Shown here: one piece after another, positions 19,525 through 28,667 of the stretch | Layout: each line of letters begins with the position of its first letter | Numbering within the stretch: the first letter of the stretch is position 1 | Assembly (NCBI GenBank): GCA_963664225.1 | Contig: OY760937.1 | Location: 1,952,001-2,016,000 of the forward strand | Source of the DNA: Verrucomicrobiia bacterium | GTDB taxonomy: Bacteria > Verrucomicrobiota > Verrucomicrobiia > Limisphaerales > UBA1319 | DNA length: 64,000 nucleotides | Direction of reading: 5' to 3' | Program-made: the position numbers and the translations under genes | The notes under the pieces: model-generated | What the model saw: the letters and a program-made list of their open reading frames with translations, nothing else | What the model was told of the DNA's origin: nothing | The model's database searches: none

Positions 19525-20562
19525 ATGCCGATCCTGTTGAAGAACCAGACCTCTGCGGAATTGCACGCCAGCCTGGCCCATGCCGGGGTGACTCCGCACC
19601 TGGCGCGTCGGCTCCTGGCGGCTGCCGTCAAGCGCGGCGAACTGCCCGCCCTGGGCGGCGAACTGGGCGCCCGGTTGCGGAATGACCTGCTCGCCTTGAC
19701 GGAGATTCCTCATTTGACGCTGGTCCGGAAAGTCGTTTCGCCGCAGGACGGATTTGCCCGGTATGTGTTTCAAGGTCGCGGAACCGGATTGTTCGAGGCC
19801 GTCCGCATTCCCCTCCTCCACCGACCGGACGATCTCAAGTATGTGGTCTGTGTCAGCTCGCAAGTCGGCTGCGCCATGGGTTGCGTGTTCTGCGCCACGG
19901 GCCGGATGGGTTTGGGCCGCAACCTCGCCGCGTGGGAAATCGTGGATCAAGTCGTGAAGATCCAGGCGGACTCGCCGCATCCGGTGCGCGGGGTGGCCTT
20001 CATGGGAATGGGCGAACCGCTTCTGAATTACGACGCCGTGATGACGGCCATCCAAATTCTATCCGAACCTTGCGGGATGGCCATCGCCGCCAAGGCCATC
20101 ACGATCTCCACGGTCGGCATCATCGCCGGCATCCGCCGTTTTACGTCCGAAGGCCACCGCACCCGGCTCGTCGTTTCCCTGACTTCGGCGGACCCGCTCC
20201 AGCGGCGGGCATTATTGCCGGTGGAACAGGGCAATCCAACGCCGGATCTCATTCAGGCGCTCCGGGAGTATCACGCCGCCAGCGGCCAGCGGGTCACGCT
20301 GGCTTGGACCATGATCTCCGGGGTGAATGTCGGCGAGGGCGACGCCCAAAAACTGGCGGACTTGACCCGCGGTCTGCCCATCAAGCTCGATCTGATTGAT
20401 GTCAACGATCCCTCGGGCCGGTTTCGTCCTCCCTCACGTGCCGAACTGGACACCTTTCGTGACGCGCTCCGCGTCAAGCTGGGCATGCCCGTGGCACGGC
20501 GTTACAGCGGCGGTCAGGATATCGATGGCGCGTGCGGCATGCTGGCAGGCGGCAGGACATGA
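19525..20562 (+). CDS. RlmN/Cfr-family radical SAM methyltransferase (divergent)
   Basis: CVSSQVGCAMGCVFCATG, MGMGEP, GQDIDGACGML. Confidence 0.88.
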   Translation: MPILLKNQTSAELHASLAHAGVTPHLARRLLAAAVKRGELPALGGELGARLRNDLLALTEIPHLTLVRKVVSPQDGFARYVFQGRGTGLFEAVRIPLLHRPDDLKYVVCVSSQVGCAMGCVFCATGRMGLGRNLAAWEIVDQVVKIQADSPHPVRGVAFMGMGEPLLNYDAVMTAIQILSEPCGMAIAAKAITISTVGIIAGIRRFTSEGHRTRLVVSLTSADPLQRRALLPVEQGNPTPDLIQALREYHAASGQRVTLAWTMISGVNVGEGDAQKLADLTRGLPIKLDLIDVNDPSGRFRPPSRAELDTFRDALRVKLGMPVARRYSGGQDIDGACGMLAGGRT

Positions 20563-20577
20563 CCCGGCCATGAGCGC

Positions 20578-20948
20578 GCCCTTGGGCCGATTCGGATGGT
20601 GCTGCAATGCCGGATGCGAATTTGATTCAACGCCTACAGCGTTGGAAATTCTCTGGGGGATGCGCGTACCCCGGGTGGCTCGTTCCTCGCGACCCGGGGC
20701 TGAATGATTGCAATCCCTACAGGATTGCGCGGACGGAACGATTGCGGAATGCGGGTGAGGTTGATTGAGGGGCGTCCCGTTCCGGTCTGGCAGATGTGGT
20801 GGCCGCAGGCGGCCGTTGGCGTCCTTGTCCACATCCAACTCCAGCATGTCCTCGGGCCGATTTGGATGGTGCTGTAATGCCGGATGCGAATTTGATTCAA
20901 CGCCTACAGCGTTGGAAATTCTCTGGGGGATGCGCGTACCCCGGGTGG
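20578..20948. repeat. ~98-bp direct repeat of the same REP-like family as the 817-bp units
   Basis: 20581-20678 and 20851-20948 (offset 270), both with GATTCAACGCCTACAGCGTTGG. Confidence 0.85.
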
Positions 20949-21090
20949 AAATTACGGTGGTAATGAATTCAGAAACAGATTAACGCGCGCCCTCCCCATT
21001 AACCCGAAGTGGGATGTCTTTCATTACAAGTCACTTGCATAACCACCTGGTTCAGGGGTTCAATGCGTGAAATTTCGGTTTAGGGGAATT

Positions 21091-21261
21091 CTCATCCTAA
21101 CCTCCCCCAAGAGAAGGAGGAGTATTGCGAGCCCTGGGTTTATTGCACGGTTTGGAGGATGCCGCCGCGCCGGATTACATGGCCCACACCGCCGACTGGT
21201 GTCCTGGCTGGGTTCGTACGGTTTAGGCTTTTACCAGCTTCCTGAATTTTGTCCTGCACCC
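21091..21261. repeat. Dispersed ~170-bp intergenic repeat, copy 1
   Basis: Highly similar to 49699-49873. Confidence 0.9.
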
Positions 21262-21429
21262 TGTGCGCATGCGGCCCATGCACTTCCATGTCGTTTTAAA
21301 GCTTTTTCGGCATGCTGAAGAATTTTGTCGCGCACCTGATCTAAACGGAGACTGGTTGCAACAATTGGCAACATGGACGCGCAGGACTTTGAAGAATGTC
21401 AGGAGAGCGAGTAAGCGTTGGTGACCGCA

Positions 21430-21467
21430 AAAAAAGGGCTGCGGAGGAATTTAACCTCAGCAGCCCT
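21430..21467 (-). terminator. Rho-independent terminator
   Basis: AGGGCTGC...GCAGCCCT hairpin followed by a T run on the minus strand, downstream of the ThuA gene. Confidence 0.7.
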
Positions 21468-21509
21468 CATGAAAATGCGTTGCTTAATGAACGCCGTAAT
21501 TGTGGTCAA

Positions 21510-22391
21510 TCAGGGCTTGACCGGCTCGGGCGCCAGGCCAAGGGCCCACTTGATGCCGCCCAGGATGTGCTGTTGGTAGGCCAGACTGACTTCAACGGGG
21601 TTCAGGCGTTTGAAACCAGGATCGGTCTTGTCGTCCCACACATCTTCGCGATGGCCCAAGGTGGTGTAAAACACGCGACCCTCACCGTAAGACTTGCACC
21701 ACGACACAGGAATGCTCCCCGGGACCTTGGTGTTCGGATGCTTGTCCAGCGTGAGCAGTTCATGAACCTTGGTTTTATCGTAATTCTTGAGCAGATACAT
21801 TTCCTCCTGATTTATGACGAAGGATTTGCCCAATTTCGCATTGGCCGGATTGGCGGGGTCTTCGTTCATGCACTCCACGCAAGCCTGGGCGCCGTGGCTG
21901 GCGAACTCACCGCCCAGCATCTCGATGAACGTGGGCCATCCATGAAAAGTATCACTGGCGGAATGCATGCCAATGAAGGCCTTGCCGGACTTCAGCCAGG
22001 CGATGAAGGCATCACGATCGGGGACCGGCAGATCACCGGTCGTGTTGGCAAAAATGATGCCGTCGTAATTCTTCAAGGACTCGGCGCTCATCTTTTCGGC
22101 CAGCACCTTCGTGATGGCGGCCTTGATCTTTTCGTTGTCGGGTTTCTTGGTCTGCGGATCTTGAAACTCAGCCGCGCTGGGATCCACGCGCGCGTAATCC
22201 ACCGTAAACGCCTTGCTGTCATTGCCCAATCGATTGAGCACCTTTTCCGCAGTGGGGATGGAACTGTGACGGAATCCCAGGGTTGTTGACACGACGAGGA
22301 GCTTTTTGGGCTCGGCGGCGGTGGCAATCAGGCCGCTCATGAGCAGCCCAAACAGGCATTTGGAGAGCAGGTTTTTCATCTGATTTCTCAT
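21510..22391 (-). CDS. ThuA-like domain protein, secreted
   Basis: Signal peptide, GFRHSSI, FIGMHSASD, GRVFYTTLGH, HILGGIKWA. Confidence 0.88.
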   Translation of the reverse strand: MRNQMKNLLSKCLFGLLMSGLIATAAEPKKLLVVSTTLGFRHSSIPTAEKVLNRLGNDSKAFTVDYARVDPSAAEFQDPQTKKPDNEKIKAAITKVLAEKMSAESLKNYDGIIFANTTGDLPVPDRDAFIAWLKSGKAFIGMHSASDTFHGWPTFIEMLGGEFASHGAQACVECMNEDPANPANAKLGKSFVINQEEMYLLKNYDKTKVHELLTLDKHPNTKVPGSIPVSWCKSYGEGRVFYTTLGHREDVWDDKTDPGFKRLNPVEVSLAYQQHILGGIKWALGLAPEPVKP

Positions 22392-22516
22392 AATCTTGTT
22401 AGTTTGACTTGTTGTTAGCGAGTCGAACGTAACATCAAAATCAGTTTTGACACTACAAAAAACGGGGTGAAGCAGGGCCGCGATGACATAAGTGATTGAA
22501 AATAAGGAAGCTGGGA

Positions 22517-22593
22517 TGGCGGGAGTGGCGGGGCTCGAACCCGTAACCTTTGCCGTGACAGGGCAACGCTCTAACCAATTGAGCTACACCCCC
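22517..22593 (-). tRNA. tRNA-Asp (GTC)
   Basis: GGGGGTGTAGCTCAATTGGTTAGAGCGTTGCCCT-GTC-ACGGCAAAGGTTACGGGTTCGAGCCCCGCCACTCCCGCCA; cloverleaf with CCA end. Confidence 0.97.
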
Positions 22594-22860
22594 AGCCGGG
22601 AGCGAACACATTAAGGAAACGCCTCGTGGACGTCAACAGTCATTTTGATCTCCATGTGCCTTTTTTACAAAAAAGGCGATTCGGGCAACGGACGCCAAGG
22701 AGGTGGGGGTGGGGAACCCCGCTGAAGAAACGTACCGCCACCCGAATCATTCATTTCGGTCTTCAACCTCGATATAAGTTAAAAACCGAACACCCCTTTG
22801 TCAACCGCGTAAAAAACATGCGTCGATGTACGCGATTTGAACCTGTTGCCAACAGGGGCT

Positions 22861-24246
22861 TTATGGAACCAGGATCACGCGGTAGAAGGTTTGATTGGCG
22901 GGGGATTCCACCAGGACGCGCCTTTGGGTGGTGGTGGCGGTGACGTTTGTTTCGGTCTGCCAGGGTCCGCCGAACGCGGTGACGCTCTGAATTTCGTAGT
23001 TCCTGCCCGGCACCGTTTGAAAATACAGGGCGTGCCGGCCGGGACCAATGGGGGTTTTATCCGCATCCGCCAAGTCATTGGGACGGGGCGCATTATCAAA
23101 TTTCAGAACCGAATTGGAATCGGTGGGATCGGTAGCCGCCAGCATTTCCTGGAGGTTGTTCAGACCGTCATGGTCGGCGTCATCGGATTCCCCGCTGGCG
23201 ATTGGAAACCGGTCCAGCAACCCCACGACCTGCGCCCATTCCTGGTAAGTGGGCACCCACAGCGCGGTTGGCCGCCCGGCAAAGGTGGTGTCCCAGCCCG
23301 TGGTGCCAGCGCGGTAATAAACCGTGACCTGGCTGGCACTGGAAAAAAGACCGCTGGATACCGACGTGGGCGCGTTGCCCCCAAAATAGACGCTCGCAAG
23401 TTTGCCGCAGTAGGAGAAGGCCCATACTCCCATCCGCGTGACGCTGTTGCCGATGGTCACGCTCCTCAAGCCGGTGCAACGTGAGAAGGCCCAATCGTCG
23501 ATATTGGCGACGCTGTTAGGAATCGTGATGGTCGTCAGGCCAATGCAAGACTCGAAGGCCGAATCCCCGATGTTGGTGACGCTGTTGGGAATCGTGACAT
23601 TTGTCAGGCCGGCGCAATAAGAGAATGTCTCCATTCCAATGCTGCCGATGCTGTTGGGAATCGTAACGCTGGTGAGGCCGCTGCATCCAAAGAACGCATC
23701 CGCCCCGATGGTGGTGATGCTGCCGGGAATGACGAAATTGGTGAGGCTGGAGCAGTTGTAGAAGGCCAGATCCCCAATCCTTGTGACGCCGTTGGTTAGG
23801 TTGAGCTGAGTCAGGCTGGTGCAGTTAAAGAACGCCTCGTCTCCAATAATGGCAACGCTTGATGGGATCGTGATGTTCATCAGCCGACGGCAGCCAAAGA
23901 ACGCCGAATTCCCAATGTTGGTGATGTTCGTGGCGATTGTGACATTGAGCAGGTTCGTGCAATTCTGAAACGCGCCGGTCCCGATGCTAGTGACCGGTTC
24001 GTCCAGAATGGATTCGGGAATGGTGACGTTGGTTTCGGAACCGCTGTATCTGGTGATGGTCACGGATGCGTTCGTGGCGGTGTAGGTGAAATTCCCATAC
24101 GTATCGGCCCGGGCCGGACTGATCGCGCAAAGGATGACAAGGAATATTGCGATGAGGCTTTCCTGCGAAATCGATGCGTGCCGCTTCAAGTGAGTGGATC
24201 CCGCCTTTAAAACAAATCGAAGGATGGCCATGGGTATTCCGTTCAT
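22861..24246 (-). CDS. BspA-type leucine-rich-repeat surface protein with C-terminal FYR domain
   Basis: ~23-aa repeats xTIPNSVTxIGxxAFxxCxxL; DDADHDGLNNLQE; ends FYRVILVP. Confidence 0.92.
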   Translation of the reverse strand: MNGIPMAILRFVLKAGSTHLKRHASISQESLIAIFLVILCAISPARADTYGNFTYTATNASVTITRYSGSETNVTIPESILDEPVTSIGTGAFQNCTNLLNVTIATNITNIGNSAFFGCRRLMNITIPSSVAIIGDEAFFNCTSLTQLNLTNGVTRIGDLAFYNCSSLTNFVIPGSITTIGADAFFGCSGLTSVTIPNSIGSIGMETFSYCAGLTNVTIPNSVTNIGDSAFESCIGLTTITIPNSVANIDDWAFSRCTGLRSVTIGNSVTRMGVWAFSYCGKLASVYFGGNAPTSVSSGLFSSASQVTVYYRAGTTGWDTTFAGRPTALWVPTYQEWAQVVGLLDRFPIASGESDDADHDGLNNLQEMLAATDPTDSNSVLKFDNAPRPNDLADADKTPIGPGRHALYFQTVPGRNYEIQSVTAFGGPWQTETNVTATTTQRRVLVESPANQTFYRVILVP

Positions 24247-24577
24247 TATGAATCAGTAAAATCACAGCGAGGTTCGATTACAAGGCGCAAAAAAAGAGCC
24301 TCACCCCGGGAGATGGAGCAGCAAGGTGGGTCGCGGGAAAGTCGGGGCGAGTCGTAAAATGCGGCTGCGTGGGGCGGACGGGCGGCGCGCAGAGGACTGC
24401 ACGCCCTCCATCAGGGTGCGCGCGGTAATGGATGTATTGGTCGGCAACGGAAGGGAGACAGCGGCGGAAAAGACAGGGATGGGAGTTTTATTGCAGGCTC
24501 ATCCCGCGCCCATCCATCTGGCGACAGAGATGGAGGGGACCCGGCCTACAAGCTGATGCGCCGGATAATGCGATCGC

Positions 24578-24712
24578 CGAACCGGCTGAAGCCAGGACTC
24601 CATACCCCGGAACGTCGGGTCGGGGGACGCGGCCTGCAAGGTGGTATGCCGGATATTGCGATGGCCGAACCGGCTGAAGCCGGGACTCCATACCCCGGAA
24701 CGTCGGGGCGGG
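24578..24712. repeat. REP-like pair (CCGGCTGAAGCCGGGACTCCATACC)
   Basis: Two copies; same motif at ~8460, 10665, 11485, 12300. Confidence 0.8.
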
Positions 24713-24825
24713 GCATCCGGCCACCAATCGGAAAATGCAGCCAAACCAAGGTTGGTTGCACCCCACAATCCGAGTGCTCCATCCCCTGCCCTGCGACGCG
24801 GACGGGCCCGGCAAAAATAATTTAA

Positions 24826-24875
24826 GAAAAACGTTTTTCGAGGCTTGACGGCACTTAAGTAAGTTAATTAAGTAA
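24826..24875 (+). promoter_or_regulatory. Putative promoter and operator of the GH51 gene
   Basis: Perfect palindrome GAAAAACGTTTTTC (24826-24839), TTGACG (24845-24850), TTAAGTAA direct repeats (24855, 24868). Confidence 0.55.
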
Positions 24876-24880
24876 ACGCC

Positions 24881-26443
24881 ATGACAGCTTGGAAATCCAC
24901 TTTTACCGTCTGCGCGACTGCATGGATGGCCGTTGCGTTGCTCACTCCCTCCACCCAGGCCCAGGATAATGCGTCCGCCAGAAAATTGGTGATCCACGCC
25001 GACCAGCCCGGGGACACGATCAACAAGAATATTTACGGCCAATTCTCGGAGCATTTGGGTCGATGCATTTACGAGGGGCTGTGGGTCGGTGAGGACAGCA
25101 CGATTCCCAATACGCGGGGAATTCGTAACGATGTGGTGAGCGCGCTCAAACGCATCAAGGTGCCGGTGCTGCGCTGGCCGGGCGGCTGTTTCGCGGACGA
25201 GTATCATTGGAAGGACGGCATCGGGCCGCGCCAGGAGCGCCCCACGATGATCAACACCCACTGGGGCGGCGTGACGGAGAACAATGCCTTTGGCACGCAC
25301 GAGTTCATGGACCTGTGCGCCCAGCTCGATTGCCAGCCCTATATCTGCGGGAACATGGGCAGCGGCACGGTGCGCGAGATGCAGGAATGGGTCGAATACA
25401 TGACCTTCGACGGCGTGAGCCCAATGGCCGATCTGCGCAAAAAGAACGGCCAGGAAAAGCCCTGGAAGCTGACTTATTTTGGCGTGGGCAACGAAAACTG
25501 GGGCTGTGGCGGCAATATGCGTCCGGAGTATTATTCCGATCAATTCCGCCGTTACGGAACCTATGTCCGCAATTTCGGCGGGAATAACATTTTTAAGATC
25601 GCCTGCGGACCCAACGGTTCCGATTACCACTGGACCGAGGTGATGATGCGCGATGCCGGATCGCAATTGAACGGACTGGCGCTGCATTACTATTGTGGTT
25701 CAGGCAAGAACAGCCGGTCAGCCACGCAATTCAATGAACTGGACTGGTTCTTCCAGCTCAAGAACGCGCTGCACATGGAGGAGCTGGTGGTGAAGCATTC
25801 CGAGATCATGAACCGCTACGATGCAAAGAAACGCGTTGCGCTTGTGGTGGATGAATGGGGCGCCTGGCACGCGGTGGAGCCGAACACCAATCCCGGATTT
25901 CTCTACCAACAGAATTCGTTGCGCGACGCGCTGGTGGCCGGCGTGACCCTGAATATTTTCAACCGTCATTGCGACCGCGTGAAGATGGCGAACATCGCCC
26001 AGACCATCAACGTCCTCCAATCCATGGTGCTCACGCAGAAGGAAAAAATGGTGCTCACCCCGACCTATCATGTGTTCGAGATGTACACGGTCCATCAGGA
26101 CGCCACGATGCTCCCGACGGAATTGGAGACCGGCGATTATACTTACGAGCAGGATAAGATTCCCGGCCTGAACGTGTCCGCCTCCAAGGACAAGGCGGGC
26201 AAGGTGCATGTGACCCTCTGCAACCTGGATCCCAACACCCCGGCGCGCATTACGTGCCAGTTGCGCGGCGCCAAGGCGAATGGTTTGACCGGACGCGTAC
26301 TCACGGCGGACACCATGCAGGCCCACAATACATTCGATGCGCCGGAGAATGTGAAACCTGCGGATTTCAAGGCGTTCGAAGCAACGGACGATGGGTTCAC
26401 GACCACCGTGCCCGCCAAATCGGTTGTGGTGCTGGAAATGTAA
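24881..26443 (+). CDS. abfA: Alpha-L-arabinofuranosidase, GH51
   Basis: [43 protein letters not shown]. Confidence 0.93.
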   Translation: MTAWKSTFTVCATAWMAVALLTPSTQAQDNASARKLVIHADQPGDTINKNIYGQFSEHLGRCIYEGLWVGEDSTIPNTRGIRNDVVSALKRIKVPVLRWPGGCFADEYHWKDGIGPRQERPTMINTHWGGVTENNAFGTHEFMDLCAQLDCQPYICGNMGSGTVREMQEWVEYMTFDGVSPMADLRKKNGQEKPWKLTYFGVGNENWGCGGNMRPEYYSDQFRRYGTYVRNFGGNNIFKIACGPNGSDYHWTEVMMRDAGSQLNGLALHYYCGSGKNSRSATQFNELDWFFQLKNALHMEELVVKHSEIMNRYDAKKRVALVVDEWGAWHAVEPNTNPGFLYQQNSLRDALVAGVTLNIFNRHCDRVKMANIAQTINVLQSMVLTQKEKMVLTPTYHVFEMYTVHQDATMLPTELETGDYTYEQDKIPGLNVSASKDKAGKVHVTLCNLDPNTPARITCQLRGAKANGLTGRVLTADTMQAHNTFDAPENVKPADFKAFEATDDGFTTTVPAKSVVVLEM

Positions 26444-26483
26444 GCGTCGGCCGATCAGCAATGTTCCATCCGTTAACCACCGA

Positions 26484-26522
26484 AGCCCGGGGAACCTGAC
26501 CCGTATCTCCGGGCTTTTTTTG
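26484..26522 (+). terminator. Rho-independent terminator
   Basis: AGCCCGGG...CCGGGCT followed by a T run. Confidence 0.6.
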
Positions 26523-26637
26523 AAATATTGAAAACTGGAATAACGATGCGCTGATTTTTGATTGGCTTTGGGGTAACGACAAAACCCGCGTGCGGGGGTC
26601 TCGGGGCATTTGTAACCGTTCGATTCAATCACACCTT

Positions 26638-27271
26638 AAGCCGGTCTGGAGACCGGCGCTCCGAAGACTCAGCGCGCGAGGGCATTTGAAACCGTATGAC
26701 AAGGGGACACACAAAGCCGGTCTGGAGACCGGCGCTCCGAAGACTCAGCGCGCGAGGGCATTTGAAACCGTATGACAAAGGGACACACAAAGCCGGTCTG
26801 GAGACCGGCGCTCCGAAGACTCGGTGCGCGAAGGCATTTGAAACCGTATGACAAGGGGACACACAAAGCCGGTCTGGAGACCGGCGCTCCGAAGACTCAG
26901 CGCGCGAGGGCATTTGAAACCGTATGACAAAGGGACACACAAAGCCGGTCTGGAGACCGGCGCTCCGAAGACTCGGCGCGCGAGGGCATTTGAAACCGTC
27001 TGACAAGGGGACACACATAGCCGGTCTGGAGACCGGCGCTCCGAAGACTCGGTGCGCGAAGGCATTTGAAACCGTCTGACAAGGGGACACACAAAGCCGG
27101 TCTGGAGACCGGCGCTCCGAAGACTCGGCGCGCGAGGGCATTTGAAACCGTATGACAAGGGGACACACAAAGCCGGTCTGGAGACCGGCGCTCCGAAGAC
27201 TCAGCGCGCGAGGGCATTTGAAACCGTATGACAAGGGGACACACAAAGCCGGTCTGGAGACCGGCGCTCCG
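26638..27271. repeat. Tandem array, 76-bp unit, 8 full copies plus a 9th hairpin
   Basis: AAGCCGGTCTGGAGACCGGCGCTCC every 76 bp from 26638 to 27246. Confidence 0.97.
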
Positions 27272-27423
27272 ACTGCCGGAGAGGGCAGTAATACGGTCCC
27301 AGGATTTGCATTGAGCCGCCACGGTTCTTAACCTATTATTTTAAAACATTGCCCGACCTCCACGAGGTGGCTGCAAACGCAGCCGCTGGAGCGCGGGTTT
27401 TATCATCACAATTGGGAGAAATT

Positions 27424-28548
27424 ATGAGAAATACAGTTCTGGCCGCCACCCTGGCCATCGGGCTGGGCGCATTTGTGGCCGCGGAGGCTTCCGCTGCCGG
27501 CACGATCGAGAAATCGGTCTTTGGAAAACTGGCCGATGGCACATCCGTCGAGCTTTACACGCTGACCAATGCCAAGGGACTTGTCATGAAGGTCATGACC
27601 TACGGCGCGGTGATGACCGAGCTGCAGGTGCCGGACCGCAACGGCAAAATCAGCGACATCACGCTCGGCTTCGATAACCTCGAGCAATACACCGGCGAGC
27701 ATCCTTATTTCGGTTCCACCATCGGGCGCGTGGCCAACCGCATCGCCAAGGGCAAATTCACGCTGGATGGCAAGGATTACACCCTGGCGGTCAACAACGG
27801 CGTCAACGCGCTGCACGGCGGCATCAAGGGCTTTAACCGCGTGATCTGGCAGGCCGAGCCGATCCAGGGCAAGAAAGAAGTCTCCGTCAAATTCAGCTAT
27901 GTCAGCAAGGACGGCGAGGAAGGTTACCCGGGCAGCGTCAATGTCACCGTCACCTACACCCTGACTGACAAGAACGAACTCAAGCTCGAATACACCGCCA
28001 CAACGGACAAGGCCACCCCGATCAATCTCACCAACCATACCTATTACAACCTGGCGGGCGAAGGCGACATCCTCGGCCATGAAATGTGGCTGAACGCGAA
28101 ATATTATACCCCGGTGGATGACACGCTCATCCCCACGGGTGAACTGGCCCCCGTCAAAGGCACCCCGATGGACTTCACCAAGCCCCATCCGATCGGCGAT
28201 CGCCTTGGCGAACTTACGAACAAACCCCAAGGCTACGACCACAACTACGTGCTCAACCGCAGGAAAAACAGCGACAACCTCATTTACGCCCTGTGCGTGC
28301 GCGAGCCCAAGAGCGGTCGCGTCATGAAAGTTTACACCACCGAGCCGGGCATCCAGTTCTACACAGGCAACTTCCTGGACGGCACGCTCAAGGGCAAAGG
28401 CGGCACGGTGTATAAGCAACATACCGCATTCTGCGTCGAAGCCGACCACTTCCCCGATGGCATCCACCAGCCGAATTTCCCGAACACGATTCTGCGTCCG
28501 GGTCAGACCTATCATCAGTTGACGGTCGAGAAATTCTCGACCTACTGA
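27424..28548 (+). CDS. galM: Aldose 1-epimerase (galactose mutarotase) with signal peptide
   Basis: GRVANRI, LHGG, EEGYPG, NLTNHTY, GYDHNY, IQFYTGNFL. Confidence 0.93.
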   Translation: MRNTVLAATLAIGLGAFVAAEASAAGTIEKSVFGKLADGTSVELYTLTNAKGLVMKVMTYGAVMTELQVPDRNGKISDITLGFDNLEQYTGEHPYFGSTIGRVANRIAKGKFTLDGKDYTLAVNNGVNALHGGIKGFNRVIWQAEPIQGKKEVSVKFSYVSKDGEEGYPGSVNVTVTYTLTDKNELKLEYTATTDKATPINLTNHTYYNLAGEGDILGHEMWLNAKYYTPVDDTLIPTGELAPVKGTPMDFTKPHPIGDRLGELTNKPQGYDHNYVLNRRKNSDNLIYALCVREPKSGRVMKVYTTEPGIQFYTGNFLDGTLKGKGGTVYKQHTAFCVEADHFPDGIHQPNFPNTILRPGQTYHQLTVEKFSTY

Positions 28549-28588
28549 GAGCGTCCGCAGAGATCGTCATTCGCGGATAAGATTCGAA

Positions 28589-28616
28589 GGGCCGGGGATT
28601 TTCCCCGGCCTTTTTT
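28589..28616 (+). terminator. Rho-independent terminator
   Basis: GGCCGGGGA-TTTT-CCCCGGCC-TTTTTT. Confidence 0.85.
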
Positions 28617-28667
28617 GTTTTTGAGGGGTCAAGGGCTGAAGGCCCGCGCCATCCGCCAAACGCCGGC

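Noticed and set aside
22517..22860. Integrative element at tRNA-Asp
   Set aside because: No integrase and no duplicated tRNA 3' end seen in the window.
26629..27322. Repetitive ORFs inside the tandem arrays
   Set aside because: Open in several frames simply because the unit lacks stops; no protein-like features.
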